Assembly (NCBI GenBank): GCA_963826785.1
Contig: CAWGYD010000006.1
Location: forward strand, 768,001-832,000
Reading direction: 5' to 3'
DNA length: 64,000 bases
Source: an uncultured delta proteobacterium
GTDB taxonomy: Bacteria > Desulfobacterota > Desulfobacteria > Desulfobacterales > Desulfosalsimonadaceae
The position numbers and the translations under genes are program-made. Positions 27,850 through 38,519 of the stretch are shown piece after piece. The notes beneath the pieces were generated by a model, which was not told the DNA's origin, did not search any database, and saw only the letters and a list, made by a program, of their open reading frames with translations. The number at the start of each line of letters is the position of its first letter. The first letter of the stretch is position 1.

Positions 27850-28290
27850 TCAAAAGGGAATATCATCATCGATGGCCGAGGCCGGAGCGGACCCTGCATT
27901 TGCCGGTTCATAGGTGTCTTCGGAGCGGGAGGGGGCATTGTAGGCGCCGCCGGCGGTCTTTGGATCCAGCATCTGCATGTCGCTGGCCACGATCTCCGTG
28001 GTATAGCGGGTGACTCCGTCCTGTTCCCATGAGCGGGTCTGCAGCCGTCCTTCAATATAGACCTGGCGCCCCTTGGAAAGAAACTGGCCGCAGATTTCGC
28101 CCAGCTTGCCGAATGCCACCACCTTGTGCCATTCGGTCTTTTCCTTTTTTTCCCCGGAACTCTTGTCGGTCCAGTCTTCACTTGTGGCAACCGTAAAATT
28201 GGCGATCGCCGTACCCCCCTGGGAGTACCGGATTTCCGGGTCACGGCCAAGCCTTCCGATCAGCATTGCCTTGTTCAATCCTCTTGCCAT
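27850..28290 (-). CDS. ssb: Single-stranded DNA-binding protein
   Basis: [31 protein letters not shown] and C-terminal DDDIPF. Confidence 0.97.
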   Translation of the reverse strand: MARGLNKAMLIGRLGRDPEIRYSQGGTAIANFTVATSEDWTDKSSGEKKEKTEWHKVVAFGKLGEICGQFLSKGRQVYIEGRLQTRSWEQDGVTRYTTEIVASDMQMLDPKTAGGAYNAPSRSEDTYEPANAGSAPASAIDDDIPF

Positions 28291-28330
28291 GATCACCCCT
28301 CTTTTCTGGTCAGTTTGGGTTTATATTGGA

Positions 28331-28356
28331 CTGGATCGCCGGTTCCGGCGATCCAG
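28331..28356. terminator. Strong hairpin between the small ORF and ssb
   Basis: CTGGATCGCCGG-TT-CCGGCGATCCAG perfect IR. No clear U-tract. Confidence 0.5.
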
Positions 28357-28363
28357 ATCGAGC

Positions 28364-28534
28364 CTACTCTTCGATATTTTTCGGTTGATCCGGAGAATGC
28401 CGGACGGGTTTGTTTTTGCCGGTCAACTGACAGGCATCTTTCATTCATGTGGATACTCCCATTTTAGGTAGAATCCACGCCTGGAGGGCGTACCAGATGC
28501 CGATAAAAAGTCCGATGAATATAATGGTTTTCAT
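28364..28534 (-). CDS. Candidate small membrane-anchored selenoprotein (56 aa, UxxxxC)
   Basis: MKTIIFIGLFIGIWYALQAWILPKMGVST-TGA-MKDACQLTGKNKPVRHSPDQPKNIEE-TAG. SECIS-like hairpin 9 nt after the TGA. Confidence 0.62.
28418..28435 (-). promoter_or_regulatory. Candidate bacterial SECIS element
   Basis: GCCUGUC-AGUU-GACCGGC hairpin. Apical G is 18 nt 3' of the UGA at 28445-28447. Confidence 0.55.
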
Positions 28535-28790
28535 ATCTTAAAAATTCCCGCATCTTTAGGGTGGTTGTGTTTTTACCGGTGAAATAGAAGAGAGCGTCTG
28601 AAAAATTGAGAAGCAGTCCGGTTAAAATTTTTTTCAATGTAAATTAAAAGCAGAAAAATGTCAAAATAGAAAAAGACAGCCGGGGTGTGGCCGCGACCGG
28701 CAAATCCGAAAGAAGCCATCAAGACCGCCATTTGTTTGACAAAATGGGTAATAATTCAATATAATTAATTAATTGAGATCAGGGGGAGAG

Positions 28791-29021
28791 ATGGAAAACG
28801 ATACGGCTCGCAGTGTCGAAATTCAACGGCTGGTGTATCTTTCCGCGGAGCGCACCCTTTTGTCATGGATCCGAACGGCACTGGGTTTGATGGCGCTTGG
28901 GTTTGAGAAATTAAAAGATACCGATCCCGGCCCGGGGCTGTTTCCGGCCATCGCGTTTTCGCTCCTGATGGCCGCCGCAGGAGTTGCCGTTGCCGGTTTT
29001 CTGATGGCCGTGAAGTACTGA
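28791..29021 (+). CDS. DUF202 (YidH-like) membrane protein, short
   Basis: YLSAERTLLSWIRTALGLMALGF signature. Appears to lack the middle TM helix. Confidence 0.75.
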   Translation: MENDTARSVEIQRLVYLSAERTLLSWIRTALGLMALGFEKLKDTDPGPGLFPAIAFSLLMAAAGVAVAGFLMAVKY

Positions 29022-29079
29022 CGAAAAATTCGGTTACCATCGTTTGGCAAATTTTAAACCAGTTGAAAAGGGGGATGTG

Positions 29080-29505
29080 ATGGAAGAACTCAAGCCAGGC
29101 CTGATCCATGAATTTATTTTTACGGTTCCGGAATCCAAGACGGTTCCCCATTTATTTCCGGAAGCGGCCGAGTTTCAGGTTATGCCCCATGTGCTGGCAA
29201 CCGGCTACCTGGTGGGCCTGATCGAGTGGGCCTGCATTCAGGCGATCCGCCCTCACATCAACTGGCCGCTGGAGCAGTCGGTGGGCATTCGGGTGGATAT
29301 CTCGCATATGGCCGCCACTCCGCCGGGAATGTCGGTAACCGTTCGGGTGGAGCTGATTGAAAAGACGGGCCGGAAGCTGAAATTCGAAGTGCAGGCCGAC
29401 GATGATGCCGAGACCATCTGCCGGGGCACCCATGAGCGCTTCATCATCGACTCGGAAAAATTCATCGACAAGATCACGGTCAAGCAGAAACAGGCCGGAT
29501 TTTGA
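29080..29505 (+). CDS. Fluoroacetyl-CoA thioesterase (FlK)-like hotdog thioesterase
   Basis: VLATG...IEWAC, SVG..VDISH.AATPPG, GTHERFII. Confidence 0.88.
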   Translation: MEELKPGLIHEFIFTVPESKTVPHLFPEAAEFQVMPHVLATGYLVGLIEWACIQAIRPHINWPLEQSVGIRVDISHMAATPPGMSVTVRVELIEKTGRKLKFEVQADDDAETICRGTHERFIIDSEKFIDKITVKQKQAGF

Positions 29506-29934
29506 TTTAGGGGTGAAGGCGGCCGCCCGGATTCTATCGGGTCCAAATCAGCCTTTTGGCCACGCCATGGTATTTATTATCGGCAGATATTGACATGCCT
29601 GAAAACGGATTTATATTTAGAACAAAATTATACCTGTTGAATTGTAAGTATCTGAATTTCATTTTTTTCAAATCACTGTCGCCATGAATGAAACTGATTT
29701 GAAGAAACCGGTGCAGCAATTACAGCGGTGCAGCATCGCCAGGCTGTTCCGGCCTCACCTGTCGATTTCACTTTTGATGTTTATCTTTTGGAAACCGGCC
29801 GGGGACATCCTGTCCCCATCCTGATTCCTTGTGGCCGGAATTATTATAATTTTTTTCCTGATCCGTTGGCATGAGTGATTCATGCGGGCGGTTTGGATAT
29901 TTAATTCATAACCTTTTAATTTGTGGGGATTTGC

Positions 29935-30225
29935 ATGATGAAAATCAAACCGTTGAATGACCGAATTCTGGTAAAGCGGGAAGAGGGCGAAAAAAAGACC
30001 AAGGGCGGGCTTATCATTCCGGATACCGCCAAGGAAAAGCCGCAGAAGGGGACAGTGGTGGCCGTGGGGCCCGGAAAGATGGGCGAGGACGGCAAGCGGA
30101 TTTCCATGGATGTCAAGGCCGGCGACAAAATTCTTTTTTCCAAGTACGCAGGGACGGAGATCAAAATCGATGATGTCGAGCATTCCTTCATGCGGGAAGA
30201 CGATATACTTGGGATTATCAGCTAA
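29935..30225 (+). CDS. groES: Co-chaperonin GroES
   Basis: [39 protein letters not shown]. Confidence 0.97.
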   Translation: MMKIKPLNDRILVKREEGEKKTKGGLIIPDTAKEKPQKGTVVAVGPGKMGEDGKRISMDVKAGDKILFSKYAGTEIKIDDVEHSFMREDDILGIIS

Positions 30226-30229
30226 ATAA

Positions 30230-31879
<1,650 letters not shown>

Positions 31880-31939
31880 TGCGGCTGAAAAGCCGTTGCG
31901 GCCATATGCCGCAGCTGTCGCGGATATGAACTGAAATAG

Positions 31940-31982
31940 AAGGGGCGCCGTTTTGATTTGACCAAACGGCGCCCCTTTTTTT
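31940..31982 (+). terminator. Rho-independent terminator of groESL
   Basis: AAGGGGCGCCGTTT..AAACGGCGCCCC followed by T7. Confidence 0.85.
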
Positions 31983-32164
31983 ATGGTCTTTGCGTAAAAC
32001 CCGTCCTTTTGCTGGGCGGCGTGCGCCCCCCAGTTTTTGTTTGATTTTTTTCCGCAACCTGTTTACATAAATCCGCATTCCATTCGCGATTCACATGGGG
32101 CCGAAAATCGGCTTGTAAGATTTTCCGGATCCATCCGGCTGATGTTTCAAAAGGAATCCACTCA

Positions 32165-32659
32165 ATGAGTTTTACCATCACCCATTCCTATGCGAAAGAT
32201 TCGGATATCCTGTTTCGCGTGCTCACCGATGCGTCTTATCTGGTGAAGAAATTTGAGGCCACCGGCGCAAAAAACGTCGAGGTCATTGAATGCCGGGAGC
32301 GGGGCGGGGTTTTTGTGATTACCCGGAAGCTGGATCTTCCGACCAATCCCCCGGGATTTGCTAAGAAATTCGTCAAAAGCACCAATACGGTGATCGCCAC
32401 GGACACCTGGCAGTCATTTGACAATCCGCTGAAGCAGGGGGTGTTTGAGCTCGATATCAAAGGCGTGCCGATATCGGCAAGCGGCCAGATCATGCTGAAA
32501 CCGACGAAAAAAGGGTGTGATTATATCGTCGTATTTGAACCGAAAGTCCGCATCCCCCTGATCGGCGGAAAAATCGCACAGCTGGTGGAAAATGACACCC
32601 GGGCCAACCAGGAAAAAGATTACCGGTTTACCCGAAAATACCTGGAATCGCTTGAATGA
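32165..32659 (+). CDS. DUF2505 (SRPBCC/START-like) protein
   Basis: F.ITHSY, PGFAKKF, GVPISASG..L, VRIPLIGGKIAQLV pattern. Confidence 0.75.
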   Translation: MSFTITHSYAKDSDILFRVLTDASYLVKKFEATGAKNVEVIECRERGGVFVITRKLDLPTNPPGFAKKFVKSTNTVIATDTWQSFDNPLKQGVFELDIKGVPISASGQIMLKPTKKGCDYIVVFEPKVRIPLIGGKIAQLVENDTRANQEKDYRFTRKYLESLE

Positions 32660-32708
32660 GTATCCCACCGCGCTTTTCCATACTGAATTTTCCCGATGGT
32701 GACCTCCA

Positions 32709-34889
32709 TTGAAGTTTTCGTCTCCCCCGCAGCCGAATCCATATAAGCGGTCCGATTCACGGATTGTGGATCTTCCCGCACCATGGTGGATGCACGCCTT
32801 GTGCGTGCTGGCGTTGGTGGTCGCCGGAACGATCATCTATTCCAATATGTTTTCAGCCCCGTTCGTTTTTGATGATATCAACTTCATCACCAAGAACGAT
32901 CCCCATGTGCATATGACAACATTGTCATGGGATGGGATTCGGGAGGCGGCCTTTGAAGGCCAGCCGCGCAAGCGGTTTCTGCCCAACATCAGTTTTGCAC
33001 TCAATTACTGTGCCGGCGGGGAAAATACGTTTGGTTATCATCTGGTCAATCTGATGATCCATCTTTTTTCGGGGGTGCTGCTGTTTTACTTTGTCAGAAC
33101 GACCTTGAGCCTGCCTTATTCCCATTCTGATGCTTATTTCCATTCGGCATCACAAAAGCATAATAAAGATATCGGTATGGCGGTGGCGTTTTTTGCGGCC
33201 CTGCTCTGGCTGGTCCATCCGCTCCAAACCAATGCGGTGACCTATATCTGCCAGCGCATGGCCAGCATGGCCGCTTTGTTTTTCATCCTCTCCATGCTCC
33301 TTTATGCCAGGGGCCGGATCCTTCAGCGTGCGAAAAAGCCAAAGATGGCCATTGCCTGTTTCACGGGAATGCTTTTTTCCAGCGCCTGTGCATTTGCAAC
33401 CAAAGAAAACACGGGCATGCTACCGGTTTTCTTTCTCCTTTATGAATGGTTTTTTTTCCAGGATCTTCGGAATATATTCAATAAGCGGATTCTGATGTTT
33501 GTCGGCGCCGCATTGGTTATCTTTTTGATCGTCGTGATATATTACATGGGCGACAATCCTTTTCACCGGATTCTGGCATCATATGGCAAAAGAGACTTCA
33601 CGCTTCCCCAGCGGGTCCTGACCGAATTTCGGGTGGTGGCCTACTACATCAGCCTGATCGTCTACCCCCGGCCGGAGCGTCTCAATCTGGATTACGCCTA
33701 TCCGCTGTCATATTCAATGGCCAATCCGATGACCACATTCTGGGCCATGGGGGCCATTGCCGGATTGCTGGTCCTGGCCTTCTACAGTGCCAGGCGGCAT
33801 CGATTGGCCGCATTCTGTATTCTCTGGTTTCTGGGCAACCTGGTGATCGAATCTTCAGTAATCGGGATCGAAATCATCTTCGAACACCGGAATTATCTGC
33901 CCATGATGCTGCTGTGCCTGCTTCCTGCCCGGGCGGCTTTCAAATGGATGCGTCCAGTAAATGCGGCCGCGGTTCTGGCGGCGGTGGCAGTTCTGGCAGG
34001 GACATGGACCTACCAGCGCAATTTTGTGTGGGAAACCGATGTGGCATTCTGGAGCGATATCGCTCAAAAATCGCCGAGAAAGGCCCGGCCATATCAGAAT
34101 CTTGCCTATTCCTTTCAGCAAAAGGACCGGCATGCGGAGGCGGTGCGCTATTATCGCAAATCCCTGGAGTTTGAGCCGCACCCGGTGGCCTATTTCAACC
34201 TGGGTCTGGCCCTGGCCAAAATAGACCATTATGCAGAAGCGGTGGACGCCATGACCGCGGCTGTAAAAATGAATTACCGCACCCCGGGAGTTTACGTCAA
34301 CCTGGCCTATGCACTGAGCAACATGGGTGAATTCCAGGCGGCTCTGGAATATTTTGAGCAGGCTCAGAAACTGACCCCCGATGACCCAAATCTTGGGAAG
34401 AACATCCGTGAACTCAAGGGATTTCTCAATTACTGCCGCACGCCACTCAACTGTGTAATCCGGCGCATTGATCAGCAGCCACAAAACGCGGCCCTTTATT
34501 ATAAACTCGGGGTGATGCGCGAACAGCGCAAGGAACTGGCCCTGGCCGGGGAAGCGTATGAAACCGTGCTAAAAAAGCTTCCCGAATCGGACCAGAAGCT
34601 GTATCTTCTGGCGTTGAATCGACTGGGCGTCGTATGTGCCGCACAGGGGGAGATCCGCCGTGCCGCCGATCTGTTTGAACAAGCCGTGCGATTGGCGCCG
34701 GAAAACCCGTACTTTTATTACCAGGCGGCGGTGACCTATGCCGGAATGCAGAATGAAAAAGAGGCGGTCAAGTGGCTGGACCGCGCCATTGAAAAAGGAT
34801 TTTCCGATTTTGACGCGATCAGCGGGGACAAGCGCTGGCAGTTTATTCGAAACACCCCTTATTATCAGTATCTCCAGGATCGGCTGTAG
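32709..34889 (+). CDS. TMTC-like membrane glycosyltransferase with C-terminal TPRs
   Basis: FVFDD, YHLVNLMIH, LWLVHPLQTNAVTYICQR, TKE and FEHRNYLP, then TPR repeats. Confidence 0.85.
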   Translation: MKFSSPPQPNPYKRSDSRIVDLPAPWWMHALCVLALVVAGTIIYSNMFSAPFVFDDINFITKNDPHVHMTTLSWDGIREAAFEGQPRKRFLPNISFALNYCAGGENTFGYHLVNLMIHLFSGVLLFYFVRTTLSLPYSHSDAYFHSASQKHNKDIGMAVAFFAALLWLVHPLQTNAVTYICQRMASMAALFFILSMLLYARGRILQRAKKPKMAIACFTGMLFSSACAFATKENTGMLPVFFLLYEWFFFQDLRNIFNKRILMFVGAALVIFLIVVIYYMGDNPFHRILASYGKRDFTLPQRVLTEFRVVAYYISLIVYPRPERLNLDYAYPLSYSMANPMTTFWAMGAIAGLLVLAFYSARRHRLAAFCILWFLGNLVIESSVIGIEIIFEHRNYLPMMLLCLLPARAAFKWMRPVNAAAVLAAVAVLAGTWTYQRNFVWETDVAFWSDIAQKSPRKARPYQNLAYSFQQKDRHAEAVRYYRKSLEFEPHPVAYFNLGLALAKIDHYAEAVDAMTAAVKMNYRTPGVYVNLAYALSNMGEFQAALEYFEQAQKLTPDDPNLGKNIRELKGFLNYCRTPLNCVIRRIDQQPQNAALYYKLGVMREQRKELALAGEAYETVLKKLPESDQKLYLLALNRLGVVCAAQGEIRRAADLFEQAVRLAPENPYFYYQAAVTYAGMQNEKEAVKWLDRAIEKGFSDFDAISGDKRWQFIRNTPYYQYLQDRL

Positions 34890-35251
34890 CTCGGGCGCAT
34901 TTCAGAAAGATTGGATTATCCGATGTTAATCCATTGACATCCGGGTAACGCGTCCTACTATTTCAATGCCGTAAACAACCGGCGGCTCAGCGGATTACCG
35001 GATCAGGATATTGCGGGTGCCGGAAAAATCGTTTCAAGACCCGCCATTCTTCAGTCATTTTTCCATTTGCCATTGCCATGTCATGGCGAATCTGAAAGGT
35101 GCACTCTCGATTCGCTTAACTGGACTCTGCAGATCAAGCGTCATGCATCGGGAAATCTCCATCATTTCCGGATAGCGCGTTTCCAAGCGGTAAAACGTGA
35201 ACCGGGTCCGGTCCGGGTTGCCATAATGAAAGCCGGGCGGATGCATGGATC

Positions 35252-35388
35252 TGACAATTTTGTCATGCGGTTTTTGAAAAATGTAACAAAAATGTCAGAA
35301 AGTAAATGGCGCTCATATTTTTTATATGAAATTATCTTGTAAATTCAAAATGATGGGCGAACATTTAATAGCAGGTATAATATTTGCA
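35252..35388 (+). promoter_or_regulatory. Paired palindromic sites plus candidate promoter upstream of the glutamate synthase operon
   Basis: TGACAATTTTGTCA (35252-35265) and TAACAAAAATGTCA (35284-35297). AGGTATAATATTTGCA (35373-35388) has GG-N10-GC spacing and also contains TATAAT. Confidence 0.4.
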
Positions 35389-35592
35389 TTGAAGTTTCCC
35401 TCTTGGCGTTTGGTGAAGTCTGAAAAGTGAGGAAAAAGGGGTTGCCGTCATCCCCGAAAAGGCGGAAATCCATTACTGATGGGTGTTTTGGGATGCCTGC
35501 CGCCGCGGGCATGAGGTGAAAATTTTCTTTTCCAAGACCATCAACATTTAGCAGGCACAATTTAACACGCATTACAAAACAGGAGCGATTTT

Positions 35593-36724
35593 ATGTGTCG
35601 TTTATTCGCCATGACCAGTGACACGCCGGTCTCCCCCATGGTGGCGCTCAATGCGCTCGATGTCATGCGGGAAGGGCATGACGGTTCCGGGGTCGGGCTG
35701 TTTTTGCGGGACCTGGGCGGAGCGTTTGAAGAGATGAAGGATGCCCCCATCCTCTCCGGGATTTTCACGGAATCCGGGATCAAGCGGCTGGACGGCTATA
35801 TGATTGATATCGGGTTTCTGACCAAGTACAAAATCTCCATCAAAGTGCCCAAGGTGCCGCCCCCCGGAACACCCCGGCGGGATATCTACCTGATCCGCGC
35901 ATATGAGTATCCGGAGGAATGGGAGCATCTGGATCTGGCCGAAAAGTACGCCCGGCTCCTGCAGATCCGTCTTTCTCTCAGGAAATGGGGCGCGAGGAGA
36001 AGGACATGATCGTCTTTTCATTCTGGCCGGATACGGTAATGATCAAGGAAATCGGTGATCCAATGGCCGTGGGCAAATATCTGGAGTTGGACAAAACAGG
36101 AGCTCACCTGCCCGGGTGATCATGGCCCAGGGGCGGCAGAATACCAATTATGCCATCAACCTGTACGCCTGCCATCCGTTTTTCATCCAGGGGTTTTCCA
36201 CGATGACCAACGGGGAGAACACCGCGTTTGTACCCATCCGGGAGTATCTCATGTCACGGGGGGTGACCGGATATACCGGGTTTTATTCCGACTCGGAAGT
36301 ATTCGTCCATATCCTTCATTATATGACCACCCGTCTGGGACTCGACATCGAGACCTATAAGCATGTCATCACACCGCTGCAGGATGACGATCTGGAAGAT
36401 CATCCGGATGGCATGTTTTTGAAGCACCTGAAGAAAACCTGCCGGAAACTGATCATCGACGGACCCAATTGCGTCATCGGGGCGACACCCGACAACACCA
36501 TGTTCATGGTCCAGGATCGAAAGAAACTGCGGCCCGGGGTGGTGGGCGGACGTCCCGGTCAATACGCGTTTTCATCTGAAATCTGCGGGTTGGATGCGGC
36601 CATGCCGGATCGTGATAAAACAACCGATTTTCAGCCCATGCATCTGGATACGGTGATCGTCAAATCCGATCGCCGGGAGGTAAAGATATGTCAACAGACA
36701 CAGCGATTATCCCTTCTTCATTGA
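35593..36724 (+). CDS. Glutamate synthase amidotransferase subunit (class II GATase; frameshifts ~35980, ~36100)
   Basis: N-terminal MCRLF (Cys nucleophile), GHDGSG, QGRQNTN, CHPF, NGEN, SDSE, DRKKLRP spread over three ORF fragments. Confidence 0.88.
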
Positions 36725-38326
36725 GCATCAAGGATCTGCCCTGGCAGATCAACTGGAGCAAGGAGAAGTGCACCCTTTGCGGCCAATGCACGGCGGTATG
36801 CCCGGTTCACGCCATTGAACTGGGCGTGTTCCGGAAGCGCCTGATCGATGCCGGAATCGGTATTCAACAGAAACCATCCAATGTGTATACCACTTATCAC
36901 GGCATCCGGCAGCGCACCGCTCCGGCATACCACTGCGTGGGGTGTGCCATGTGCACCATGGTCTGCCCCAATGACTGCCATTATGCCGCTGAAATCGGAC
37001 GAGGCCGAAAAACTCAAGTTTCACCTCAACCAGGGCGGCGAACCTGAGCGCCGGGGCGGCCGTCGCAATGCACCCGGCGGCGTGCTGGACCGGATCAAGT
37101 TCATCCGCATTTCCATGCTCTCGGACCCGGCCCTGGATGCCGGACGGCACGAGTTCGAGATGCGGACCCTGCTGGGTCGAATCCTGTCCCCGGAAGACAG
37201 CATCAAGTTCGTCCGGGAGCACGGATGGATTCCGCCGGTGCGGGAGATTTATCCGCTGATCATCGGCGGCATGTCCTTCGGCGCCCTTTCCCCCACCATG
37301 TGGGAAGGGCTGCAGATGGGGGTGGCCTATTTGAATGAGGAATTGGGCATGCCCGTGCGCATCTGCACCGGGGAAGGCGGATGCCCCCCGAGGCTGCTGC
37401 GTTCACGCTTTATGCGCTATGTGATCCTTCAGATCGCTTCCGGCTACTTTGGCTGGGATGAGATCATTCATGCCATTCCGGAGATGAAGGCGGATCCCTG
37501 CGCCATCGAGATCAAATACGGCCAGGGGGCCAAGCCCGGGGACGGCGGGCCTGCTGATGTGGTACAAAGTGAACAAGCTCATCGCGGCCATCCGCGGCGT
37601 TCCCACAGGGGTCAGCCTGCCCAGTCCGCCCACCCATCAGACCAAGTACTCCATCGAAGAAGCGGTGGCCAAGATGATCCAGTCCATGTACATGGCCTGG
37701 GGGTTCCGGGTGCCGGTCTATCCCAAAATCTCCGGCAACTTCTACTGCACTTGCGGTTTTGAACAACCTGACCCGCAATCCCTATGCCGGCGGTCTGGCC
37801 ATCGACGGCGAGGACGGCGGCACCGGGGCGGCCTACAATGTCTCCATGAACCACATGGGGCACCCCATCGCCAGCTGTCTGCGGGACTGCTACCAGAACC
37901 TGGTGGCGGTGGGCCAGCAGAATGAGATTCCCCTGTTTGCCGGCGGCGGCATCGGCAAGAACGGCAACCTGGCGGCCAATGCCGCTTCCCTGATCATGCT
38001 GGGGGCCAGCGGGGTCCAGGTGGGCAAATATGTCATGCAGGCGGCAGCCGGATGCCTGGGATCGGAATCGGGCCGCTGCAATATCTGCAACATCGGGCTC
38101 TGCCCCAAGGGGATCACCTCCCAGGATCCCGCGCCTGTATCGGCGGTTGAATCCCGAAGATGTGGCCCAGCGGGTGGTGGACATGTTTGTGAGCTTCGAT
38201 ACGGAACTGCGAAAGATCGTGGCCCCCCTGGGCCGGTCCACATCGCTCCCCATCGGCATGTCCGATGCGCTGGGCATAGACGACCAGAGCATCGCGGAGC
38301 GGTTGAAAATCAAGTATGTCGTATAG
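36688..38326 (+). CDS. Glutamate synthase FMN-binding subunit with N-terminal 2x[4Fe-4S] (about 4 frameshifts)
   Basis: CTLCGQCTAVCP, CVGCAMCTMVCP, MSFGALS, TGEGG, QIASGYFG, EIKYGQGAKPG, C..C..C cluster. Confidence 0.9.
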
Positions 38327-38360
38327 GTTGAAGCTTGCTTGATATTGGCAGGGGCACGAA

Positions 38361-38446
38361 TGGAATAATGGAATTTTGGAATATTGGGTTTCAGGCAGTG
38401 TCGGTTGATTCCACGCAAAATTTCATTCCATCATTCCAATATTCCA
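38361..38446. repeat. Inverted pair of TGGAATNN octamer arrays
   Basis: TGGAATAA-TGGAATTT-TGGAATAT-TGGG and TCATTCCA-TCATTCCA-ATATTCCA. Confidence 0.7.
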
Positions 38447-38519
38447 TTAATATCGGATAAATGATCAGGATTGATCGATAGAAATCTATAGAGCAGCAGA
38501 TAACGCTGAACGAGGCCAT

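Noticed and set aside
35440..35515. Stem-loop in the glutamate synthase 5' region as a glutamine riboswitch or ANTAR site
   Set aside because: A CATCCC/GGGATG helix exists, but there is no glnA-motif consensus, no twin hexaloops and no terminator.
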